Notes: generated by a model not told the origin, from the sequence alone. A DNA stretch of 20,000 bases from an uncultured virus (IMG/VR IMGVR_UViG_2744054492_000006) (IMGVR_UViG_2744054492_000006); one strand, 5' to 3'; shown: positions 7,948 through 15,155, counted from the stretch's first letter. Made by a program: numbers and translations.

Positions 7948-8840
7948 CTGGCATACTCCGCTTCAAGCTGAGCAATCGCCTCGCGGCAACTCTCCCGCTC
8001 AAGCTCCTCCCGCCGCGCCCGTTTCCGCGCTGCTTTATCGCCCAAACGCTGATATTTGCCGTAGATTTGCGAGACTTCCAGCCGCGCCTTATGTGCAGAA
8101 AACACCGCTCCGGTGAAGTAATTCAGCGAGTGGATCATACCGGGAGCCCGTCCAGCCACCTCGCGCACGGCAGTGGCCACATCCTGTTCCAGATCACAAC
8201 CCCGAACAAACCAGCCAATGGCCGGATTAGTGCCGCCCCGCAGCGCTTCAACATCAAGCCCTACCGAGTTCAGCAAGGCAGCAACACCTCGCATAAACCG
8301 TCCAGCTGCCTCGCTATTCGGCAAGGTTCCAGCAGCAGGAGGCACAGAATTTGCTTCATCAGACCTACTCGCAGCCACTTCGTCATCAATATCAGAAGTT
8401 TTTAAAGACAAGTTATTATAGCTGCCCTTCTGGGCGGGCATCCCCTGCCCGTCTATGCTACGTCCTGCACACACATGCCCATCTTCGATATCAGCAACAA
8501 ACAAGTCCATCTGCTCCGGTACCGGCATATCTTTATTGATGACCCTGTAGGTATACGAACAGCGCCCGCCGTCAGGACGTTTGCCCTCATTGCGCTGAAG
8601 CCAGCCTGATGCCATCAACCTGCTGATTGCCCGATACACCGTAGAGCGCGCCACACCAAGCAGCTCTGCAATCTTCACCTGAGAGCGATAGCAAATACCG
8701 TTTTTATCGGTAGAGGAGCAGAGTACGCCCAACACATCACGGTCACGCGGCATCAGGGTTTGATCCGCATAAACAGCCGCAGGCACAAACGAGATACGTG
8801 GGCGATCTGCTTGGTTTTCAGAGGCTAAAGTCGCAGTCAT
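7944..8840 (-). CDS. Phage replication initiator-like protein with N-terminal winged HTH
   Basis: CYRSQVKIAELLGVARSTVYRAISRL...GWL...Y; GGAGGA RBS; lies in the early-right operon. Confidence 0.8.
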   Translation of the reverse strand: MTATLASENQADRPRISFVPAAVYADQTLMPRDRDVLGVLCSSTDKNGICYRSQVKIAELLGVARSTVYRAISRLMASGWLQRNEGKRPDGGRCSYTYRVINKDMPVPEQMDLFVADIEDGHVCAGRSIDGQGMPAQKGSYNNLSLKTSDIDDEVAASRSDEANSVPPAAGTLPNSEAAGRFMRGVAALLNSVGLDVEALRGGTNPAIGWFVRGCDLEQDVATAVREVAGRAPGMIHSLNYFTGAVFSAHKARLEVSQIYGKYQRLGDKAARKRARREELERESCREAIAQLEAEYAR

Positions 8841-8908
8841 AACGTTCCTCCATCTTCAGGCTTGCAACATGGAAAATCACATCTGGCGAAATGAGTTGAA
8901 GTGGTCAT
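8837..8908 (-). CDS. 23-aa coupled micro-ORF
   Basis: MTTSTHFARCDFPCCKPEDGGTL; ATGA overlap with the upstream stop and with the downstream start. Confidence 0.4.
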   Translation of the reverse strand: MTTSTHFARCDFPCCKPEDGGTL

Positions 8909-9213
8909 ACCCAGCCCTCCACGTTCATTTCAGGAGACTTGAGCAAGTACTCTTTTTGCATGAGCTTTGATCCCACGCCATCGTAGTGCCGCACTCCGAT
9001 CCACCCTTCACGCCAAGCTTTCTTAAGATGCTTGATCACACTCGGCTTACTCAGGTTGCAACGCTCACCCAGGTCGTGAATTGTCACGGAAAACGGCTCT
9101 TTAATATCCGTCGCAAACAGGCTTATCGTATGCAGTACCAAGCAGGTACCGGAGTCCATGGGGTACACGGAGAACTCTCGCCGCCACTCTTCAATGTTCC
9201 GAAATTCACGCAC
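8905..9213 (-). CDS. Small winged-HTH DNA-binding protein
   Basis: TIHDLGERCNLSKPSVIKHLKKAWREGWI; GTG start after GGAGG, overlapping the methyltransferase stop. Confidence 0.8.
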   Translation of the reverse strand: MREFRNIEEWRREFSVYPMDSGTCLVLHTISLFATDIKEPFSVTIHDLGERCNLSKPSVIKHLKKAWREGWIGVRHYDGVGSKLMQKEYLLKSPEMNVEGWV

Positions 9214-10348
9214 TACAAGCCTCCATTGGCTCTAGGTGAGAAAAGAGCGGCCCTGCATCATCATCTGCCGCTGATTGGTGGGATTTCCGTTCTGCTGGAC
9301 CCATCCAGTCTTGCTCGATGCGCTCCTGTGCAATCGCTGCATATTCTGGATTGAGCTCAATCAGGATCGCTTGCCGACCAAGCCGCAGCGCGACTAAGCC
9401 AGTCGTGCCAGCACCACCAAACGGGTCCAAAACAACACCATCCTTCGGACAACCCGCTTCAATGCACCGCCGCGCTAATTCAGGAGGATACGTCGCAAAA
9501 TGAGCACCGGGGAATGGGCGCGTTGCCACATTCCAAACTTCAAGCGGAGCAGGCTCATAGTTGCGAAGATTGCGCCCATTCGCCTGCTGTTCCTGCTTGG
9601 TCATCTTGTCCCAGCGACCATCAAATCCGGCATGTCGTTGCCTGTGACCGCGCTGCTTATCCGATACAAGCTTGTTTCCTACGCTCTTGCGCTTCCCGGC
9701 AGAATTGGCCGTGTAGGAACCACCTCGGAATCCATTGGCATCCTCAACACCGACGCGTCCTTGCCGGACCGCAGCAGCATCGTAGAAGTAGCGTGGGGAC
9801 TTCGTGACAAGCCAGATCTTCTCATGTGCCCCTGCTGGTCTGTCCCGTACGCTTTCCGGCATAGGATTAGGCTTTGCCCAAATGATCTCACCGCGGACCC
9901 ACCACCCCGCATCTTGCAAGGCAATTGCGAGCCGGTTTGGCACCATGCAAAGGTCTTTGGGCTTCAAACTGCCTTGAATGGTTGAGAACGGTTTTTGGGT
10001 GAATGTCCGGTCGTCTTTTCCTGTTCGGATCCGCCCGTCTGCATCAGATTTGTGCCCTGCCGGACTGGTTGCGTAGCAGTCGCCGTAATTGATCCAGCAA
10101 GTACCTTCTGGTTTCAGCACCCGCCGAATTTCCTCGAACACCTCAACCATCTTATCGAGATGTTCTTTCAGCGTTGGCTCAAGCCCCAGCTGACCCTCAA
10201 CGCCATAATCGCGTAGCCCCCAATAGGGCGGTGACGTGACGACGCAATCAACTGAGTTGTCAGCCATCTCACGCAAACGGTCGAGCACATCACCCAACCG
10301 GATTTCGCATGGCAGATCACCAATGCGGAGGGTTTCAGGCACGCTCAT
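9206..10348 (-). CDS. Orphan amino-DNA methyltransferase, beta class (N4-C/N6-A)
   Basis: Motif IV VTSPPY precedes motif I VLDPFGGAGTT; HFATYP and IELNPEY also present; no adjacent endonuclease. Confidence 0.93.
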   Translation of the reverse strand: MSVPETLRIGDLPCEIRLGDVLDRLREMADNSVDCVVTSPPYWGLRDYGVEGQLGLEPTLKEHLDKMVEVFEEIRRVLKPEGTCWINYGDCYATSPAGHKSDADGRIRTGKDDRTFTQKPFSTIQGSLKPKDLCMVPNRLAIALQDAGWWVRGEIIWAKPNPMPESVRDRPAGAHEKIWLVTKSPRYFYDAAAVRQGRVGVEDANGFRGGSYTANSAGKRKSVGNKLVSDKQRGHRQRHAGFDGRWDKMTKQEQQANGRNLRNYEPAPLEVWNVATRPFPGAHFATYPPELARRCIEAGCPKDGVVLDPFGGAGTTGLVALRLGRQAILIELNPEYAAIAQERIEQDWMGPAERKSHQSAADDDAGPLFSHLEPMEACSA

Positions 10349-10415
10349 GCAGCAACCCTCCCGAAGGATTCCGCAGATCGACGCTTAGGCGAATGCGTGT
10401 TGCAATCAGCATCGC

Positions 10416-10467
10416 AAAAAGATGCAGAGAGCCTTGCCGGATGCGCCAACATAGCAAAGCTCTCTGC
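10416..10467 (-). terminator. Long hairpin, possible terminator upstream of the methyltransferase
   Basis: Minus strand GCAGAGAGCTTTGC-N16-GCAAGGCTCTCTGC (14 bp, one G.U pair) followed by ATCTTTTT. Confidence 0.45.
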
Positions 10468-10501
10468 GCACACTGGCAACCCGAGGAAAGGAACAGCCAG
10501 C

Positions 10502-10954
10502 ATGGATGATGATGAAACAATGGAAACGCCAATTGCCCAGCAGATCATCAAGCTTGTAGAGCCATTCGCAAAAGCAGATGAAAAAGCAATACAGCTGATG
10601 TCAAAAATCATTAACCTGAACGAAGAAATAGACGCGTTTAACGCAGTATCTGAAGAAGAGTGTCGGACCGTATTGGCATTCAACCAGATCGTTCGGCTTA
10701 CAAAGGTTGAAACTGAGTATTTCGGATTATCCGTGTCTAATAGAAAAAATATATTATCGTCACCAAACAAGCATAAATACACAGATAAAGTAAAAGAGTT
10801 TTTCGATGTGAAGTTTATAGACCATGTAGAGTTACTAGAACTTAGAGCAAATATTGGGGTCAGCCTGCTCGAATACCTTAAACGAGTACCCCAACTTGAT
10901 AACTGGAAGTGTCCAGAACCCGAAATCACCATAACAATAAAGCCACATCTGTAG
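10502..10954 (+). CDS. AT-rich accessory (moron-like) hypothetical protein, antisense to the early operon
   Basis: 150 aa with globular composition; GAGGAAAGGA upstream of ATG 10502; 10741-10800 is 25% GC (15/60). ORF is open from 10397. Confidence 0.75.
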   Translation: MDDDETMETPIAQQIIKLVEPFAKADEKAIQLMSKIINLNEEIDAFNAVSEEECRTVLAFNQIVRLTKVETEYFGLSVSNRKNILSSPNKHKYTDKVKEFFDVKFIDHVELLELRANIGVSLLEYLKRVPQLDNWKCPEPEITITIKPHL

Positions 10955-11048
10955 TCTGAGGCTATGCAAAAGTGACAGGGAGGTATTGACAGTCCAAGCA
11001 GCTCTGGAGCCAGGTCTTGCCAAGTTCTTTTGGACTGAAAGCTACCCA

Positions 11049-11537
11049 TCACTCCGCCTTCGCGTCATCTGAAATTGACGCTTTGTAGGAGGAGAGGTAC
11101 TTCGCATATTCTTTCTGTGCGCCTTCAAACATGCCGACGATGCGGCGGTGTTCTGCCGGAGTGATTTCCCAATCAGCCGCCGCCTCTGAGGCAGCTTTAA
11201 TAGCGTCACAGGCCGCTTGAACCATATCGAGGGCGCAAGCGGCTGGAGTTTTGCTGGTTTTCGCGTCTAATTTGGTGGCGATGTAACCCAGAGTTCGCAA
11301 ATGTTCCAGCGTAAACACCGGATCACTGCCTATGGAGACCAGCTCTTCTTCCAGCTTCACCAAACTCATCAGAGTGATATTTCCAGCCTCGTTTACATCA
11401 GGCCATTTTTTGACAGTCGTCAGGCCCAGATCCAGAAAAGAAGCAGTACATTCCTGACCACCGAAAGCTTTGATGAGCTCTTTGGTTTGGCGGCAAATCC
11501 AGACCTTGCGCCCGTTGTCCGTTCTGGAAAAACTCAT
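11049..11537 (-). CDS. CII-like phage regulatory protein
   Basis: Downstream of cro; N-terminal HTH-like LIKAFGGQECTASFLDLGLTTVKKW and C-terminal AD.EITPAE motif. Confidence 0.7.
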   Translation of the reverse strand: MSFSRTDNGRKVWICRQTKELIKAFGGQECTASFLDLGLTTVKKWPDVNEAGNITLMSLVKLEEELVSIGSDPVFTLEHLRTLGYIATKLDAKTSKTPAACALDMVQAACDAIKAASEAAADWEITPAEHRRIVGMFEGAQKEYAKYLSSYKASISDDAKAE

Positions 11538-11653
11538 AGGTACCCAATCCCTTCCAGAAGCCCAATGACCCGATGAAGGTCAGGCAATAGATTGATAGGC
11601 GAGAACAAAGATTTGACAGCGATGGCGAGTTGAGCGCACCTGTTCGCAATCAT
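11534..11653 (-). CDS. 39-aa micro-ORF coupled to the cII-like gene
   Basis: MIANRCAQLAIAVKSLFSPINLLPDLHRVIGLLEGIGYL; stop overlaps the cII ATG (ATGA); weak RBS. Confidence 0.35.
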   Translation of the reverse strand: MIANRCAQLAIAVKSLFSPINLLPDLHRVIGLLEGIGYL

Positions 11654-11758
11654 TGAGTTCTCAGCAGCTAAACAAAAAGGAGAGCAGCTGGTCTATGCGT
11701 CAGCAAGCAACTACTCTCCATAGGCCGATGCCCAAGACGGTATTCGTGGTGAAAAGCA

Positions 11759-12001
11759 TCAATCAGAAGGGTCATAAAACGACTTCCTCTGATCGGTGGT
11801 AGGTTGCGCTCTCTTCCAATTGAAGAGAGAACGAGGAACACGAAGGCCCTTCTCTTTCGCCAACTCATCCAAAACGTCAAACCACGACGCTGGGATGCCG
11901 CGAGCACAAGCAGCAAAAAGAGCTTTATCGCTTACACCAAGCTTTGATTTGAGCGTGGTACGACCAACTACATCAAATGTCTGTTTGATCCGCTTATTCA
12001 T
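11759..12001 (-). CDS. Cro-like repressor
   Basis: 80 aa, divergent from the XRE repressor across an operator-rich gap; GRTTLKSKLGVSDKAL...GIPASW. Confidence 0.8.
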   Translation of the reverse strand: MNKRIKQTFDVVGRTTLKSKLGVSDKALFAACARGIPASWFDVLDELAKEKGLRVPRSLFNWKRAQPTTDQRKSFYDPSD

Positions 12002-12007
12002 GTATAT

Positions 12008-12068
12008 AAAATTCTACAATTTGTATCTTTTGTCAAGGATACAAATTGAGATTTCTACATCAGGTAGA
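12008..12068. promoter_or_regulatory. OR-like switch: PR-like promoter plus three operators
   Basis: TCTACA-ATT-TGTATC (12013-27), an inverted degenerate copy (12038-52) and TCTACA-TCA-GGTAGA (12054-68); minus-strand TTGACA (12036-31), 17 nt, AATTTT. Confidence 0.8.
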
Positions 12069-12087
12069 TTTATGCGAGATTACGAAC

Positions 12088-12366
12088 ATGGAAAAAGCTG
12101 CAAAACAATATGAAAGCATCGGAAATAGACTCAGGCTGATCCGTGACCACACCGGGCTCACACAGCAGGAATTTGCTGAGAAACACGGCTTCAACCGCGC
12201 TCGCTATAACCATTGGGAAACTGGCCTTAGGCGGATTTCTCTAGATTGTGCCTACAAGATACGCGAGACCTACGACATCACGTTGGATTATATCTATCTC
12301 GGCAGAGAAGCGGGACTACCTCAGTCATTCATTCAGACAATTTCGAAGCCAACGACCAAGAAGTGA
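12088..12366 (+). CDS. CI-like XRE-family repressor (HTH only, no S24 peptidase domain)
   Basis: IGNRLRLIR...GLTQQEFAEKHG....YNHWETG.R...LDYIY.G; 92 aa from ATG 12088. Confidence 0.9.
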   Translation: MEKAAKQYESIGNRLRLIRDHTGLTQQEFAEKHGFNRARYNHWETGLRRISLDCAYKIRETYDITLDYIYLGREAGLPQSFIQTISKPTTKK

Positions 12367-12382
12367 GGGGCTACCCCCTCAC
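12358..12382. terminator. Hairpin between convergent cI and the small ORF
   Basis: GTGAGGGG-CTAC-CCCCTCAC perfect 8-bp stem (12363-82); TTCTT follows on the minus strand. Confidence 0.6.
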
Positions 12383-12392
12383 CCAATACCTC

Positions 12393-12545
12393 TCACATGA
12401 GCTCGGACATGCGGCATAAATTTAAACATACGACCGCAGCTGCCTCATCTGACAAACCAACAGTCAGATCACAAAGATAGTCCAACGGCAGACCAAGCAG
12501 CACCGCGGTATTCAGCAACAATTCAAGTCTAACTTCCGAGAACAT
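12393..12545 (-). CDS. 50-aa protein resembling XRE helices 4-5; candidate antirepressor
   Basis: MFSEVRLELLLNTAVLLGLPLDYLCDLTVGLSDEAAAVVCLNLCRMSELM; GGGGGG 4 nt before the ATG; hairpin 10 nt after the stop. Confidence 0.6.
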   Translation of the reverse strand: MFSEVRLELLLNTAVLLGLPLDYLCDLTVGLSDEAAAVVCLNLCRMSELM

Positions 12546-12814
12546 AACGCCCCCCAATATATTGCTTCAGACTTTGCCCCTTTATCCAGAGACGTATGCA
12601 GAGGAGCAATATTGGAGAATTAATCCAATATATTCTGATAGATAAACGATATAGATTTTCAAATTTGACACACCCACTCCCAAATTAAATATGCCCCAAC
12701 CCTCGGAAAAGTCGTCACTTTCCTAGACACATCCCCATAATCCCCCACCCAAATTCTCATCACCAAAAACCAAAGGGCTCTCATAGAGCTCCCTGAACGG
12801 CGATTAGCTATCAA

Positions 12815-12866
12815 TCTACATTTTGTATCTTTTTCAATTGACAATATACATTTTGTATCATTTAAT
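12815..12866 (+). promoter_or_regulatory. OL-like region: two operators plus PL-like promoter
   Basis: TCTACA-TTT-TGTATC (12815-29) and TATACA-TTT-TGTATC (12845-59); TTGACA (12838-43), 17 nt, TTTAAT (12861-66). Confidence 0.8.
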
Positions 12867-12901
12867 CAATCTCCATCGGCTATTCGTTTTTGGAGATAGA
12901 G

Positions 12902-13195
12902 ATGCCCAGTGCACAAGTCATTCAATTCCCTGCAACCAAACAGAGCCCAGCTCAAACGCCCACCAAATCCGTACAGGATGTTGGTGAAGACGCCCTTGCC
13001 CGCACAGGTGAAGCGCACGGGGACATTTGCATCTTTCGCTCTGACTTGCGTCTCATGCTGAATCAAGCCCCTAACGACCGCAAACAGATCTCGGCTCGCA
13101 TCCTCGCCTTACGCGAGACCTTCAAAGAAGCCGAATTACAGCTCGTAAAGCTCCTGCAGGAAATACGGACCGCCACCCCGGCTGACGCCGTCTAA
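12902..13195 (+). CDS. Hypothetical early phage protein (97 aa)
   Basis: GGAG RBS before ATG 12902; first gene after PL; C-terminal helical segment. Confidence 0.75.
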   Translation: MPSAQVIQFPATKQSPAQTPTKSVQDVGEDALARTGEAHGDICIFRSDLRLMLNQAPNDRKQISARILALRETFKEAELQLVKLLQEIRTATPADAV

Positions 13196-13241
13196 GCACA
13201 GATCATCGCCTCACCATCCCTCACCACTACGGAGAAAGAGA

Positions 13242-13619
13242 ATGTCTGTTTCAAAACGCAAACTGGAAAAGCAACTCCGCAAACAGGACAAGCGTATCGC
13301 CGAACTGGAACGCATCAATAAAATGAGCCCAGCACAAACCAAACAGTTCGAAAATAAACTCAAGCAAATCTTCGAAGCTTCAAACAAAGAACTCCGCGCC
13401 AAATTTGAGAACATGAAACCAGCACAAGATACTAAAGCTGATAATCAGATCGAAAAGCCTTCTTCAGAGCACACTCAGGGGCCAAGCGCCGCCGTACAAG
13501 CCGTTCTCGGTAGCATAGAACCTTACCTAAAAGAGGCTCAATCTCCCGCACTTGGTATCGCCTTCGTTCTGACCAACGGCCAGCAAATACAACCCACCCA
13601 CAACTCGCGGCGATACTAA
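13242..13619 (+). CDS. Hypothetical early protein with basic coiled-coil N-terminus
   Basis: GGAG RBS; KRKLEKQLRKQDKRIAELER. Confidence 0.75.
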   Translation: MSVSKRKLEKQLRKQDKRIAELERINKMSPAQTKQFENKLKQIFEASNKELRAKFENMKPAQDTKADNQIEKPSSEHTQGPSAAVQAVLGSIEPYLKEAQSPALGIAFVLTNGQQIQPTHNSRRY

Positions 13620-13676
13620 GCCCCAATCACCCCGCTTGAGTTCGTCCCTTAGCAATCTCGCAAGAGGAACAGACCC

Positions 13677-13898
13677 ATGAATAGCATTGATAATGACGTA
13701 TTTAGTGATCGCTGCAACGTGCCCCTGTTCCTCTTGAGTGAGGCCGCAAAGCTCGCCGTTCTGGTGGCCTTCGCCATCACTCTACTGCTCCTCGCCCCTG
13801 CTCTTGATGAAACAGTGATCGAGGCAAAGCAGAGCATTCCATCTGATTTCATCAGCACCCAGCTTTCCTCATTCGACGCTGACAAGCCGCTCAAATAA
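13677..13898 (+). CDS. Small single-pass membrane protein
   Basis: GAGGA RBS; hydrophobic run LAVLVAFAITLLLLAPAL. Confidence 0.7.
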   Translation: MNSIDNDVFSDRCNVPLFLLSEAAKLAVLVAFAITLLLLAPALDETVIEAKQSIPSDFISTQLSSFDADKPLK

Positions 13899-13907
13899 GG
13901 ACGCGCC

Positions 13908-14021
13908 ATGCCTTTTCCGATCATCTTCACTGTGAATTGCTTTCGCATGTGGCAGCTTTACCTATTCGGCTCTGCGCCTGTGCTCTACGGACCATCCCTA
14001 CAGCAGGAGAACGAGCAATGA
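13908..14021 (+). CDS. 37-aa hydrophobic micro-ORF
   Basis: TAAGGA RBS; MPFPIIFTVNCFRMWQLYLFGSAPVLYGPSLQQENEQ; stop overlaps the next ATG (ATGA). Confidence 0.55.
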   Translation: MPFPIIFTVNCFRMWQLYLFGSAPVLYGPSLQQENEQ

Positions 14022-14293
14022 AGTGCCCAACCTGCGTTGGTACTGGTCGCGATGACTACTTCCATCTTGCTTTAAGTGAGTGTGAGCGATGCGGCGGAAC
14101 CGGCTCGCTCCCTATCGAGGACCTTAATCCAGGCGCCCTCAAATCAGCAACGCGAGCCTATTGGGACACGCTACCAGTGAGTAAGCAAAAGCCTTTCAAC
14201 GAACTCACGCCCAACAACCAAGCAGATCTCGCTTGGCACGCTGCGAAAATCATTTTCGCCTACGACGCCCGCAACGAAGAGACAGGGAGCTAA
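14018..14293 (+). CDS. Protein with DnaJ-type zinc finger (two CxxCxGxG)
   Basis: CPTCVGTG ... CERCGGTG; AGGAG RBS before ATG 14018. Confidence 0.75.
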   Translation: MKCPTCVGTGRDDYFHLALSECERCGGTGSLPIEDLNPGALKSATRAYWDTLPVSKQKPFNELTPNNQADLAWHAAKIIFAYDARNEETGS

Positions 14294-14295
14294 GC

Positions 14296-14805
14296 ATGCA
14301 AAAACTGGCACCTCAGGAAACTCTGTCAGCAGTCGAAACCATCAGAGAAACAGCCAGAACAGCTGGCTACTCCGTACCTGCATTCAAGCGGATTATTGAG
14401 GAGTTCATCTACCCAATTCGCTGGTCAGAACCGCAGATCAACTGGTCACAGGATGCGCGCTTCACAACCCATGAGTTCTACTCACAGCCACCATTGATGC
14501 TTTGCATGATTGTGAGACGCGACTGGCTCAACGGGAAAACCGATTGGATTGCATACTTCCAACACGCCAACGGAATCTACTCTTCGGATAGCAAAACTTA
14601 CAAAACCTTTAAAGAAACCGAAGATGCCTGCAACCAATTCCATCGCAAACACATCTTGAAACTCTTCGATCTGGAGGCAGTTTGCAGCGATGCCTATGAG
14701 ATGGTCGCGAATATGCTGGAAGCCAAGAGCGGTTCCAGTGAGAGCCTCCCACCCGAGGAGAAGGACAAGCTGGCAGCATTCCAGCACATCACCCACGCCC
14801 ATTAG
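14296..14805 (+). CDS. Hypothetical phage protein (169 aa)
   Basis: AGGGAG RBS before ATG 14296; tightly packed in the operon. Confidence 0.75.
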   Translation: MQKLAPQETLSAVETIRETARTAGYSVPAFKRIIEEFIYPIRWSEPQINWSQDARFTTHEFYSQPPLMLCMIVRRDWLNGKTDWIAYFQHANGIYSSDSKTYKTFKETEDACNQFHRKHILKLFDLEAVCSDAYEMVANMLEAKSGSSESLPPEEKDKLAAFQHITHAH

Positions 14806-14897
14806 TATTGCCGAGGTTACTCCTCCCAAGCACGAATGCGTCGCCTCGGCAGTAGCGGCTCAGGAAAGGCGCACCTGAGCCGCTTCCCATCCTCCTC
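14806..14897 (+). ncRNA. Candidate structured RNA: tandem hairpins with anti-SD (CUCCUCCC) loop
   Basis: Stems 14806-16/14844-54 and 14854-64/14874-84 (11 bp each); CTCCTCCC at 14820-27. Confidence 0.45.
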
Positions 14898-14934
14898 AAC
14901 ACTGGTCGTAACCTAACCTCAAAGAGGCACAGCA

Positions 14935-15138
14935 ATGAGATTGGAAACAGAAGTCAACCCGATCCATATCGGCATCATGCTGACAACCAAGCCGGAAGCT
15001 TTAGCAGAGCTACTCACCGCCATTGCTGTTAACGCTCCCTCTGAGCTTGCTGAGCAAGTCAACGAGCATATACCAGAAGCCCTACGCGACCGCACATCCA
15101 ACCTGCTTGAGAAACTACTCATCGCAATCTCAACCTGA
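14935..15138 (+). CDS. Hypothetical phage protein (67 aa)
   Basis: AAGAGG RBS; helical composition. Confidence 0.7.
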   Translation: MRLETEVNPIHIGIMLTTKPEALAELLTAIAVNAPSELAEQVNEHIPEALRDRTSNLLEKLLIAIST

Positions 15139-15155
15139 AACCAATGAGGTGATAA

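Noticed and set aside
7944..8840. Iteron array/origin in the initiator gene
   Set aside because: Only a short AT-rich patch near 8400-8420; no convincing direct repeats seen.
12046..12087. N-terminal extension of CI from TTG 12046
   Set aside because: Lies within operators; ATG 12088 gives a normal XRE protein.
12659..12844. 61-aa minus-strand ORF, or a 41-aa form from ATG 12784
   Set aside because: The long form starts inside the operator/promoter; the short form has an AGGGAG but no other support. Left uncalled.
12367..12900. LexA (SOS) box controlling induction
   Set aside because: No GTTC-N7-GTTC or GAAC-N7-GAAC seen by eye.
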